From Thermoanaerobaculia bacterium (GTDB lineage Bacteria; Acidobacteriota; Thermoanaerobaculia; UBA5066), in contig DATKLW010000033.1 of assembly GCA_035542215.1 (NCBI GenBank), positions 15,651 to 79,650 of the forward strand: 64,000 bases of DNA. Direction: 5' to 3'. Below the pieces are notes generated by a model. That model did no database searches. It was not told where the DNA came from and worked only from the letters and a program-made list of their open reading frames with translations. Made by a program: the position numbers and the translations under genes. This document shows positions 9,537 to 16,798 of this stretch, piece by piece. How positions within the stretch are numbered: position 1 is the stretch's first letter; the number at the start of each line of letters is the position of its first letter.

Positions 9537-11174
9537 ATGACTCTCTCGCGCATCCCCTTCCATCGGCGCCTCGGCTTCAAGATCACGGCAACGGCGGCCG
9601 CGGCGATCCTCGTCCCCGTCGCGTTCGTCGCGGCGCTGACGATCCGCGCCCAGCACGAGGAGCTCGTCGCGCGGGCGCAGGGGAGCGCTTCGATCCTCTC
9701 CGAAACCGTGCGCAGCGCGACGCACGACTTCATGCTTCGGAACCAGCGCGAAGATGCGTACCGGATCGTCGAGATCGTCGGTCACGAGAGCCTCCGCAAG
9801 GACAGCTCGATCGAGAGCGTCCGGATCTTCAACAAGCGCGGCTCGACCGTGTACTCGACGGACCGGTCCGAGATCGGGCGGATCGCGGACAAGAGCGCGG
9901 GCGCGTGCGCGCCGTGTCACGGGGGGCCGGGAGCGCCCGTCACGAACCCGGATCCCGCGACGCGCAGCCGCATCACCACGGTCGGGGACCACCGCGTCCT
10001 GTCGTTCGTGACGCCGATCTACAACGAGAAGGACTGCGCGGTGGCGGGCTGCCACGCCTCCCCAAAGGACCAGCGCGTCCTCGGCCTCCTCGACGTCGCG
10101 CTCTCCCTGCGCGACGTCGACGACCGGCGCTCGGCCGCGACGTGGCGCATCGTCGGGTTGTCGCTCGTCGCGCTCGTGCTGCTCACGGCGCTCGTCTCGG
10201 CCATCGTCCGCCTTCTCGTCGTGCGGCCCGTTTCGGACATGCTCGCGGCGACGCGGGACCTCGCGGAAGGCCACACGGCCGCGCCGCTCGCGATCCGCAC
10301 CGAGGACGAGCTCGGACGGCTGGGGCATTCGTTCAACGAGATGAACGCGTCGCTCCGGCGGGCACGCGCCGAGCTGGAAGAGGCGGCGGAGAACCTCGAG
10401 CAACAGGTCGAGGACCGCACGGCCGCCCTTCAGCATGCTCAGGAGGCGCTCGTGCAATCCGAGAAGCTCGCCTCGCTCGGCACGCTGTCGGCGTCGATCG
10501 CGCACGAGATCAACAACCCGCTCGCGGGGGTCCTGACCTTCGCGCGCCTCATGTCGCGCACGCTCGAGGCCGGCGAGGTGAACGAGGACGCCCGCGCCGC
10601 GTGCCTGAAGAACCTCGGCCTCATCCAGCGCGAGACCGAGCGCTGCACGCGGATCGTGCGCAGCCTCCTCGACTTCGCGCGAGCCCGGCCGATCGAGCTC
10701 CTCTCCGTCGACGCCGTCGCGGCTCTCGAGGAGGCGCTCTCTCTCACGCAGCACAAGCTGCAGCTTCAGCAGGTCGTCCTGACCCGGGCGTTCGACGGGC
10801 CGGCCGTCGTGCGCGGCGACTTCGGCCAGCTGCGGCAGGTCTTCGTGAACCTGATCCTGAACGCGTGCGACGCGATGCCGGAGGGCGGGACGCTTGCCGT
10901 GACCTCGAAGAGGGTGGAGGACGGCCAGGCCGTGGAAATCGCGATCGCCGACACGGGCGCGGGCATCGCGCCGGAGCACCTGTCGAGGATCTTCGACCCG
11001 TTCTTCACGACGAAACCGATGGGGACGGGTCTCGGCCTCTCGGTCGTCTACGGCGTCGTGGAGAAGCACGGCGGGTCGATGAAGGTGCAGAGCCGTCGCG
11101 GCGAAGGCACGACGATGACGGTGCGGTTGCCGCTTGCCGGGAAGGCGGCGGCGCCGGCGGGCGCCGCCGTGTGA
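9537..11174 (+). CDS. Sensor histidine kinase (TM1, periplasmic domain with c-type haem motifs, TM2, HAMP, HisKA, HATPase_c)
   Basis: 545 aa. Two TM helices flank a ~155-aa periplasmic domain containing CAPCH (CXXCH) and CAVAGCH (CX4CH). Then HAMP, an H-box SIAHEINNPL and G1/G2 boxes. Confidence 0.85.
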   Translation: MTLSRIPFHRRLGFKITATAAAAILVPVAFVAALTIRAQHEELVARAQGSASILSETVRSATHDFMLRNQREDAYRIVEIVGHESLRKDSSIESVRIFNKRGSTVYSTDRSEIGRIADKSAGACAPCHGGPGAPVTNPDPATRSRITTVGDHRVLSFVTPIYNEKDCAVAGCHASPKDQRVLGLLDVALSLRDVDDRRSAATWRIVGLSLVALVLLTALVSAIVRLLVVRPVSDMLAATRDLAEGHTAAPLAIRTEDELGRLGHSFNEMNASLRRARAELEEAAENLEQQVEDRTAALQHAQEALVQSEKLASLGTLSASIAHEINNPLAGVLTFARLMSRTLEAGEVNEDARAACLKNLGLIQRETERCTRIVRSLLDFARARPIELLSVDAVAALEEALSLTQHKLQLQQVVLTRAFDGPAVVRGDFGQLRQVFVNLILNACDAMPEGGTLAVTSKRVEDGQAVEIAIADTGAGIAPEHLSRIFDPFFTTKPMGTGLGLSVVYGVVEKHGGSMKVQSRRGEGTTMTVRLPLAGKAAAPAGAAV

Positions 11175-11722
11175 GCGAGGTCCTTCTCCTGTGGATCGGG
11201 CGGACGGACTCCGCGCCGGAGATCCTCGAAGGCGTGCGGCGGAGCGTCGCGCGCGAGTTCGACCTCGCGGCCCGCGTCCGGCTCGCCCAGGAGAGGCCCG
11301 TCGCCGCGTTCGACGCGCGGCGCGGCCAGCACTCCTCCACGCGGATCCTCGCCTGGCTGCAGGACCGGCACGACGGGGCGCACCGCATCCTGGGCGTCAC
11401 GGACGCGGACCTCTTCATTCCGGTTCTGACGTTCGTCTTCGGCGAGGCACAGCTCAACGGCCGCGCGGCCGTGGTCTCGACGGCCCGCCTCGGCGACACG
11501 CCCCTGATCCCCGGAGAGGCGGCGCGGATCGCGCTGCGCCTCCAGAAGGAAGCCGTGCACGAGCTCGGTCACACGTTCGGGCTCCTGCACTGCCCCGATT
11601 CGCGCTGTGCGATGGCGCGCTCGCCGAGCCTGCGCCACGTCGACGCGAAGTCCCCCGCCCTTTGCCGCGCCTGCCGCGCCCGCAGCCGCGAACTCTCGGA
11701 AAACGGAGATCCCCATGAGTAA
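11171..11722 (+). CDS. Archaemetzincin-like zinc metalloprotease (peptidase M54 family)
   Basis: GTG start overlaps the kinase stop (GTGTGA). The motif HELGHTFGLLHCPDSRCAMA...CRAC equals HEXXHXXGXXHCX4CXM-X17-CXXC, diagnostic of archaemetzincins. The 3' end overlaps the response-regulator start by 8 nt. Confidence 0.75.
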   Translation: MSEVLLLWIGRTDSAPEILEGVRRSVAREFDLAARVRLAQERPVAAFDARRGQHSSTRILAWLQDRHDGAHRILGVTDADLFIPVLTFVFGEAQLNGRAAVVSTARLGDTPLIPGEAARIALRLQKEAVHELGHTFGLLHCPDSRCAMARSPSLRHVDAKSPALCRACRARSRELSENGDPHE

Positions 11723-13109
11723 GAAAAGCACGCGAATCCTGATCGTCGACGACGAGGAGATCATCCGGGAGTCCCTCTCGGGCTGGCTCGGCAAGGACGG
11801 CTACACGATCGGGACGGCGCCGGACGGCCTTTCCGCGCTCCGGATGATGGAAGAGGGCTCGTGGTCGATCCTCCTCGCGGACCTCAAGATGCCCGGCATC
11901 GACGGGCTCGAGCTCCTCCGGCGCGTCAAGGCGAAGTGGCCGGACACCTCGGTCCTCATCATGACGGCCTTCGCCACGGTCGACACGGCCGTGAACGCGA
12001 TGAAGTCCGGCGCGTTCGACTACGTCGTCAAGCCCTTCGACCCGGAAGAGGTCAGCCTCGTCGTCGAGAAGATCGTCGCGCAGCAGGCCCTCGTCCGCGA
12101 GAACGTGATCCTCCGGAAGGCGCTCAAGAAGGAGTACGTTTTCCACGACTTCGTCACGAAGAGTCCGGCCCTCCTCGCGACGCTCGAGCTCGCGAAGACG
12201 GCCGCCCACAGCCCGTCGACGATCCTCGTCCTTGGGGAGAGCGGCACGGGCAAGGAGGTCCTCGCGCGGGCGATCCACGCCGAGAGTCCGCGCGGCGGCA
12301 AGCCGTTCGTCGCGATGTCGTGCGCGGCGCTCACGGAGACGCTCCTCGAGTCCGAGCTCTTCGGCTACGAGAAGGGAGCCTTCACGGGCGCGAACGGCCG
12401 GCGGGAAGGGAAATTCGAAGCCGCGAGCGGAGGGACGCTGTTCCTGGACGAGATCGGCGACATCAGCGCGAAGCTCCAGCTCGACCTCCTGAGGGTCCTG
12501 GAGGAGCGCCGCGTCACGCGCGTGGGCGGCACGGAGTCGCTGCCCGTCGACGTGCGGATCATCGCGGCGACGAACCGGGACCTGAGACGCGCGGTGGAGG
12601 AAGAGCGTTTCCGGCAGGACCTCTATTACCGGCTGAACGTCATCACGATCACGCTCCTCCCGCTGCGCGAGCGCAAGGAGGACATCCCGCTTCTCGTCGA
12701 GCGCCTGCTCGAGCAGCTCGGCTCCGAGCTCAAGCGCCCCGTCGAAGGCGTCTCGCCCGAAGCGATGGCGATCCTCCTCGCGCACGCGTGGCCCGGCAAC
12801 GTCCGCGAGCTGCGCAATGTCCTCGAGCGTGCGATCGTCGTTTCGGACGCGCCGATCCTCGAGGCCCGGCACCTCGGCCTGAACCTCCAGGAGGGCGTGG
12901 GAGCGAGGCCGATGCCGGAGCATCCGGCGTCCCTCGAGGAGATCGAGCGCCAGTACATCGGGAGCGTCCTGAAACTGAGCGGCGGCAACGTCACGCAGGC
13001 GGCCCGCATCCTCGACATCGACCGGGTGACCCTCTACGCCAAAATTCGCAAGTACGGGCTGAAACGCGCAGAGGGCGGGGAGTTCGAACCCTCAACGCCG
13101 AGCCGATGA
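11715..13109 (+). CDS. Sigma54-dependent response regulator (NtrC family: REC, AAA+ sigma54 activator, HTH)
   Basis: MSKKSTRILIVDDEE...LLADLKMPG receiver; GESGTGKE Walker A; GAFTGA motif; C-terminal Fis-type HTH. Start ATG at 11715 with a GGAGA RBS. Confidence 0.9.
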   Translation: MSKKSTRILIVDDEEIIRESLSGWLGKDGYTIGTAPDGLSALRMMEEGSWSILLADLKMPGIDGLELLRRVKAKWPDTSVLIMTAFATVDTAVNAMKSGAFDYVVKPFDPEEVSLVVEKIVAQQALVRENVILRKALKKEYVFHDFVTKSPALLATLELAKTAAHSPSTILVLGESGTGKEVLARAIHAESPRGGKPFVAMSCAALTETLLESELFGYEKGAFTGANGRREGKFEAASGGTLFLDEIGDISAKLQLDLLRVLEERRVTRVGGTESLPVDVRIIAATNRDLRRAVEEERFRQDLYYRLNVITITLLPLRERKEDIPLLVERLLEQLGSELKRPVEGVSPEAMAILLAHAWPGNVRELRNVLERAIVVSDAPILEARHLGLNLQEGVGARPMPEHPASLEEIERQYIGSVLKLSGGNVTQAARILDIDRVTLYAKIRKYGLKRAEGGEFEPSTPSR

Positions 13110-13137
13110 GAATCACAATCCCCCGTAGAGAAAACGA

Positions 13138-13170
13138 ACGCGCGGACCACCGCGCGTTTTCGCTTTCTGG
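13138..13170 (+). terminator. Rho-independent terminator downstream of response regulator
   Basis: Hairpin AACGCGCGG-ACCA-CCGCGCGTT followed by TTTCGCTTTC. Confidence 0.5.
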
Positions 13171-13225
13171 TCCATAAACAGTTCTTCCCTCACAAGTTAA
13201 GGTCTGAAGCGGCCCGCGTCCGCGC

Positions 13226-13242
13226 GTGGCCTGGTCCTTGCG
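13226..13242 (+). promoter_or_regulatory. Sigma54 (-24/-12) promoter
   Basis: TGGCCTGGTCCTTGC: GG and GC separated by exactly 10 nt (TGGC-N7-TTGC), matching consensus TGGCAC-N5-TTGC. The predicted TSS is ~3-5 nt before ATG 13257. It lies directly downstream of the sigma54 activator gene. Confidence 0.6.
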
Positions 13243-13256
13243 CTACCAGAAGTGCC

Positions 13257-13508
13257 ATGTTGACCGAAACCACGACCACCTGCCCATGGCTGAAACAAGT
13301 GGTGATGCTCTACTGCGACGCCTGCCCCACCAAGAAGATGGTGCCGCGTGACCAGCTCGTGTCCCAGGGCCCTTGCCTGGCCGGCTCCTTCAAGGAGTGC
13401 GCGATGTACCGCGAGATGGCCCAGAGGCTCGGGGCCGGCGCCGACGACAGGGTTGTGAATACGGAGGCGAGCCGCGAGGCCGCTTCCGGGAGGGAGGTCC
13501 CGTCATGA
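13257..13508 (+). CDS. Small Cys-rich hypothetical protein (83 aa)
   Basis: ORF has 5 Cys (CPW...YCDAC...GPC...EC). It is the first ORF after the sigma54 promoter and would be near-leaderless. No homology recognised. Confidence 0.35.
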   Translation: MLTETTTTCPWLKQVVMLYCDACPTKKMVPRDQLVSQGPCLAGSFKECAMYREMAQRLGAGADDRVVNTEASREAASGREVPS

Positions 13509-13588
13509 TCGCCACCATCCCGCTCGCCCTTCTCGCCGTTCTGACGCTCCTTGCGCTGGCCCATCAGAGCCGGGTCCGTCCGTCCTGA
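13505..13588 (+). CDS. 27-aa hydrophobic single-TM micropeptide
   Basis: Strong SD GGGAGGGAGG 8 nt upstream of ATG; MIATIPLALLAVLTLLALAHQSRVRPS. Sits immediately 5' of the Fe-S subunit gene. Confidence 0.4.
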   Translation: MIATIPLALLAVLTLLALAHQSRVRPS

Positions 13589-13601
13589 GGAGAAGAACGC
13601 A

Positions 13602-14510
13602 ATGACTCTCAACCGCCGCAACCTGTTCAGGATCGCCGGCGCTGCGGGCGCGGCCACGGTCGCGGGCCGTGCGCTTTCGTCGGCGATGACACCGGGCGCC
13701 CCAAAGACCACCGCCAATGCGGTCCTGGTGGACACGACGCGCTGCGTCGGCTGTCGCGCCTGCGAGGCCGCCTGCTCCGAGGCAAACCAGCTCGCCGAGC
13801 CCGAGAAGCCCGGCGACGCCGCCGTGTTCGCGTCGCGCCGCCGGACGGGCCCCACGAGCTTCACGGTCGTGAACAAGTCGACCGAGAAGAGCCCGAATGG
13901 AGAGGACCGCTACGCGAAGATGCAGTGCATGCACTGCGTGTCGCCCGCGTGCGCGTCCGGCTGCGTCGTCGGAGCGCTCGAGAAGACGCCGGCGGGCCCG
14001 GTCGTCTACCACGCGGGCCAGTGCATCGGCTGCCGGTACTGCATGATCGCGTGCCCGTTCTCGGTCCCGAAATACGAATACGCGAAGGCCGCCCCGCTCG
14101 TGAAGAAGTGCACCTTCTGCGCCGAGCGCCAGGGCCAGGGCCTTCCGCCCGCGTGCACGGAGGCCTGCCCTTCGGGCGCGCTCCTGTTCGGCAAGCGGGC
14201 CGACCTCCTCGAGGAAGCGAGGACCCGCATCTACCAGAACCCGACGCGGTACACGCACGAGATCTACGGCGAGGACGAAGCCGGGGGAACGAGCTGGCTC
14301 TACCTCTCGGACGTCCCGTTCACGAGCCTCGCCCTCCCCGGCGAAATCGAGAAGAGGTCGTACCCGGAGCTCGCGGAAGGCGCGCTCTCGGCGGTCCCCC
14401 TCGTCGCGACCCTGTGGCCGCCCCTCCTCATGGGCCTCTACACCTTCAGCAAGCGGCGCCACGACGTCGCGGAAGAAGGAAACGGGCGCAAAGGAGACGG
14501 TCATGAGTAA
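13602..14510 (+). CDS. Tat-exported 4Fe-4S ferredoxin-type electron-transfer subunit (HybA/NrfC/DsrO-like) with C-terminal TM anchor
   Basis: Twin-arginine signal MTLNRRNLFRIAGAAGAATVAG. Four Cys clusters CVGCRACEAAC, CMHCVSPACASGC, CIGCRYCMIACP and CTFCAERQ...CTEACP. C-terminal hydrophobic helix; RBS GAGGAGAAG. Confidence 0.85.
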   Translation: MTLNRRNLFRIAGAAGAATVAGRALSSAMTPGAPKTTANAVLVDTTRCVGCRACEAACSEANQLAEPEKPGDAAVFASRRRTGPTSFTVVNKSTEKSPNGEDRYAKMQCMHCVSPACASGCVVGALEKTPAGPVVYHAGQCIGCRYCMIACPFSVPKYEYAKAAPLVKKCTFCAERQGQGLPPACTEACPSGALLFGKRADLLEEARTRIYQNPTRYTHEIYGEDEAGGTSWLYLSDVPFTSLALPGEIEKRSYPELAEGALSAVPLVATLWPPLLMGLYTFSKRRHDVAEEGNGRKGDGHE

Positions 14511-15747
14511 CGTGATGAGCGACGGCCTGAACCGCCCGGTCCCCTTCCCCGCGTTCGTTCTGGACAAGATCTGCCTCGGAATGCCCGCGAAGACCTACGC
14601 GAAGAGCCTCCTGACGAAGACGAACGCGATCTACGCCGCCATCCTCGCGATCGGCCTCCCCACTCTCGCCTACCGCTACTGGAAGGGAATGGGCGCCGTG
14701 AGCAACCTCTCCCAGACGAACCCGTGGGGCATCTGGGTCGGCATCAACATCATCTGCGGCATCGCGCTCGCGGCCGGCGGCTACACGGTGGCCGCGACCG
14801 TCTACGTCTTCGGCCTCGAGCAGTACCGGCCGATCCTGAGGCCCGCGATCCTGACGGGGTTCCTCGGCTACGTCTGCGCGATCAGCGGCCTCATCGTCGA
14901 GCTCGGCCAGCCGTGGCGGCTTCCCTACCAGCTCTTCCTGACGCCGGGCACGACCGCCGTCATGTTCGAAGTCGGCATGTGCGCGTTCGCCTACCTGATC
15001 GTCCTCGGTCTCGAGATGCTTCCCGCGGGACTCGAGTGGCTCGGACTCGCCCGCGCCCGCCGCATCATGGGAACGCTCACGATCGGGATCGTCGTCCTCG
15101 GCATCACGCTCTCGACGCTCCACCAGGCCTCGCTCGGCGCCTTCTTCCTCATGGTGCCGGGCAAGCTCCACCCGCTCTGGTACTCGCCGTATCTCCACGT
15201 CTTCTTCTTCATCTCCTCGATCTCCGCGGGAATCGGGATGATCATCTTCGAGAGCACGGTCTCGCGCCGCGCGTTCCGCGACGAGCTCGACCCCGAGGCG
15301 CCCGTCGACCTCGACGCGCTGCAGCTCGGCCTCGCCAAGGGCGGCGCGGTCGTCCTCTTCGCGACCTTCTTCATCCGCCTCCAGGGCCTCGTCGTCTCCG
15401 GGCGGTGGGACCTCCTGTTCACGGGCTGGGGCGCCTGGTTCGCGCTCGAGCTCGTCGGCTTCATCCTCTTGCCGTCGCTCCTCTTCGCGTTCGCCGTCCG
15501 CACGCAGAGCGTCACGCTCACGCGCGCGGCCGCCGTCATGGCGGTTCTCGGCGTCGTCCTGAACCGCATCAACGTGTCCCTCATCGCCTACAACTGGAAC
15601 GTCCCCGCCTCGGACCGGTACGTCCCGTCGATGGGCGAGATCGTCCTCACGATCCTGCTCCTCACGTGCGGCGTTCTCGCCTTCCGCTGGATCGTCAACC
15701 GCATGCCCGTCCTTCGCGAGCATCCGGATTGGCGCGGCAGCCACTGA
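14503..15747 (+). CDS. NrfD/PsrC/HybB/DsrP-family polytopic membrane quinone-interacting subunit
   Basis: 414 aa, ~10 TM helices, NrfD-family sequence character. Start overlaps the Fe-S gene stop (ATGAGTAA). Confidence 0.85.
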   Translation: MSNVMSDGLNRPVPFPAFVLDKICLGMPAKTYAKSLLTKTNAIYAAILAIGLPTLAYRYWKGMGAVSNLSQTNPWGIWVGINIICGIALAAGGYTVAATVYVFGLEQYRPILRPAILTGFLGYVCAISGLIVELGQPWRLPYQLFLTPGTTAVMFEVGMCAFAYLIVLGLEMLPAGLEWLGLARARRIMGTLTIGIVVLGITLSTLHQASLGAFFLMVPGKLHPLWYSPYLHVFFFISSISAGIGMIIFESTVSRRAFRDELDPEAPVDLDALQLGLAKGGAVVLFATFFIRLQGLVVSGRWDLLFTGWGAWFALELVGFILLPSLLFAFAVRTQSVTLTRAAAVMAVLGVVLNRINVSLIAYNWNVPASDRYVPSMGEIVLTILLLTCGVLAFRWIVNRMPVLREHPDWRGSH

Positions 15748-15763
15748 GAAGAAAGAGAAGAAC

Positions 15764-16429
15764 ATGCACGCGAACGACCTCCTCAGCCCGCACGCAACCA
15801 AGGCCATCGAGTACGTGCTCGCGGTCTCGTATCTCCTGCTCTTCATCCCCTTCTGGCGCTTCGTGAACGGCGCCACCGCCGCGGAGTCCCTCGCGTTCTC
15901 GTGGTTCCAGGTCCCGGCGAACGTCCACCTGCACCGCGGCCACTCCTGGGCGAAGACGTTCGGGGGCGCGGTGGCGGTCGGTCTCGACGACTTCGCGCAC
16001 AAGATGATCGGCCCGCTCGATTCCGTCCAGTTCCCCGCGGTCGGCTCCGCCCTCCGGCAGGGGCAGAAGGCCTTCTCGGTCGTCGCGGACGGCAAGTCCT
16101 TCGACGTCCTCTCACCGGTCGACGGCAACGTCGTCGCGCTGAACGAATTCGTCCGCGCCCATCCGTCCGACGCGGTCCGCGACCCTTACGGCACGGGCTG
16201 GCTTCTCAAGGTCGAGCCCCGCTGGCTCACGGCAAACCTCAAGAACCTCGTCTCCGGCGACGGGGCCCGCCGCTTCCTCGACGCGGCCGCCCAGGTGCTC
16301 GCCGGCCGCATGAGCCCCGAGCTCGGCATCGTCCTCCAGGATGGCGGCACGCCGGTTCACGGAATCGCCCGCGAGATCGACCCCGCGAACTGGGACTCTC
16401 TGGTCCGGACGTCTCTCAAGGGCGAGTGA
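15764..16429 (+). CDS. Membrane-anchored glycine-cleavage H-protein-like (lipoyl-carrier fold) protein, lipoyl-Lys position conserved
   Basis: N-terminal TM helix. Soluble domain aligns with E. coli GcvH: HSW (HEW), AVGLDDFA (VGITEHA), ADGKSFDVLSPVDGNVVALN ([21 protein letters not shown]; K aligned) and DPYGTGWLLKVEP (EPYAGGWIFKIK). Confidence 0.7.
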   Translation: MHANDLLSPHATKAIEYVLAVSYLLLFIPFWRFVNGATAAESLAFSWFQVPANVHLHRGHSWAKTFGGAVAVGLDDFAHKMIGPLDSVQFPAVGSALRQGQKAFSVVADGKSFDVLSPVDGNVVALNEFVRAHPSDAVRDPYGTGWLLKVEPRWLTANLKNLVSGDGARRFLDAAAQVLAGRMSPELGIVLQDGGTPVHGIAREIDPANWDSLVRTSLKGE

Positions 16430-16439
16430 GGAGTCCGCG

Positions 16440-16790
16440 ATGAACACACGCCTCCGCTTCCTCGCGGCGACTTTCCTCCTCTCCCTTTCCGCGACGCTGC
16501 TCGCGGGGGCGCTCCCGAACCTCCCGAAGGACATCGCGTTCCCCCAGGGCGACGGCAGCCCGGGAGTCGTGATCTTCCGGCACGAAGATCACATCGATGC
16601 CTCGCAGCCGGACTGCACGATCTGCCACCCGAAACTCTTCTCCATCGTCAAACGCACCGCCTCTTCGGCCGCCCCCGCCGCGATCCGCCACGCCGAGATG
16701 GAAAAGGGCAAGAGCTGTGGCTCCTGCCACGACGGCAAGACCGCTCACGGGCTCTGGGACGACTGCGGAACGTGCCACAAGGCAAGGTGA
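16440..16790 (+). CDS. Trihaem c-type cytochrome, cytochrome c7 (PpcA)-like
   Basis: Signal peptide plus three CXXCH (CTICH, CGSCH, CGTCH). FRHEDHIDASQPDCTICH parallels PpcA FPHKAHQKAVPDCKKCH. Confidence 0.8.
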   Translation: MNTRLRFLAATFLLSLSATLLAGALPNLPKDIAFPQGDGSPGVVIFRHEDHIDASQPDCTICHPKLFSIVKRTASSAAPAAIRHAEMEKGKSCGSCHDGKTAHGLWDDCGTCHKAR

Positions 16791-16798
16791 GGTGACCC

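Noticed and set aside
4295-9540. Giant ORFs of 1168 aa (minus) and 1609 aa (plus) rich in Arg/Pro/Glu
   Set aside because: They overlap the three membrane glycosyltransferase genes in alternative frames, have extreme low-complexity composition and lack motifs. They are artefacts.
13110-13180. Enhancer (UAS) palindrome for the NtrC-like activator
   Set aside because: The dyad CGCGCGG-ACCA-CCGCGCG is followed by a U-rich tract and sits just past the regulator stop codon. An intrinsic terminator is the more economical interpretation.
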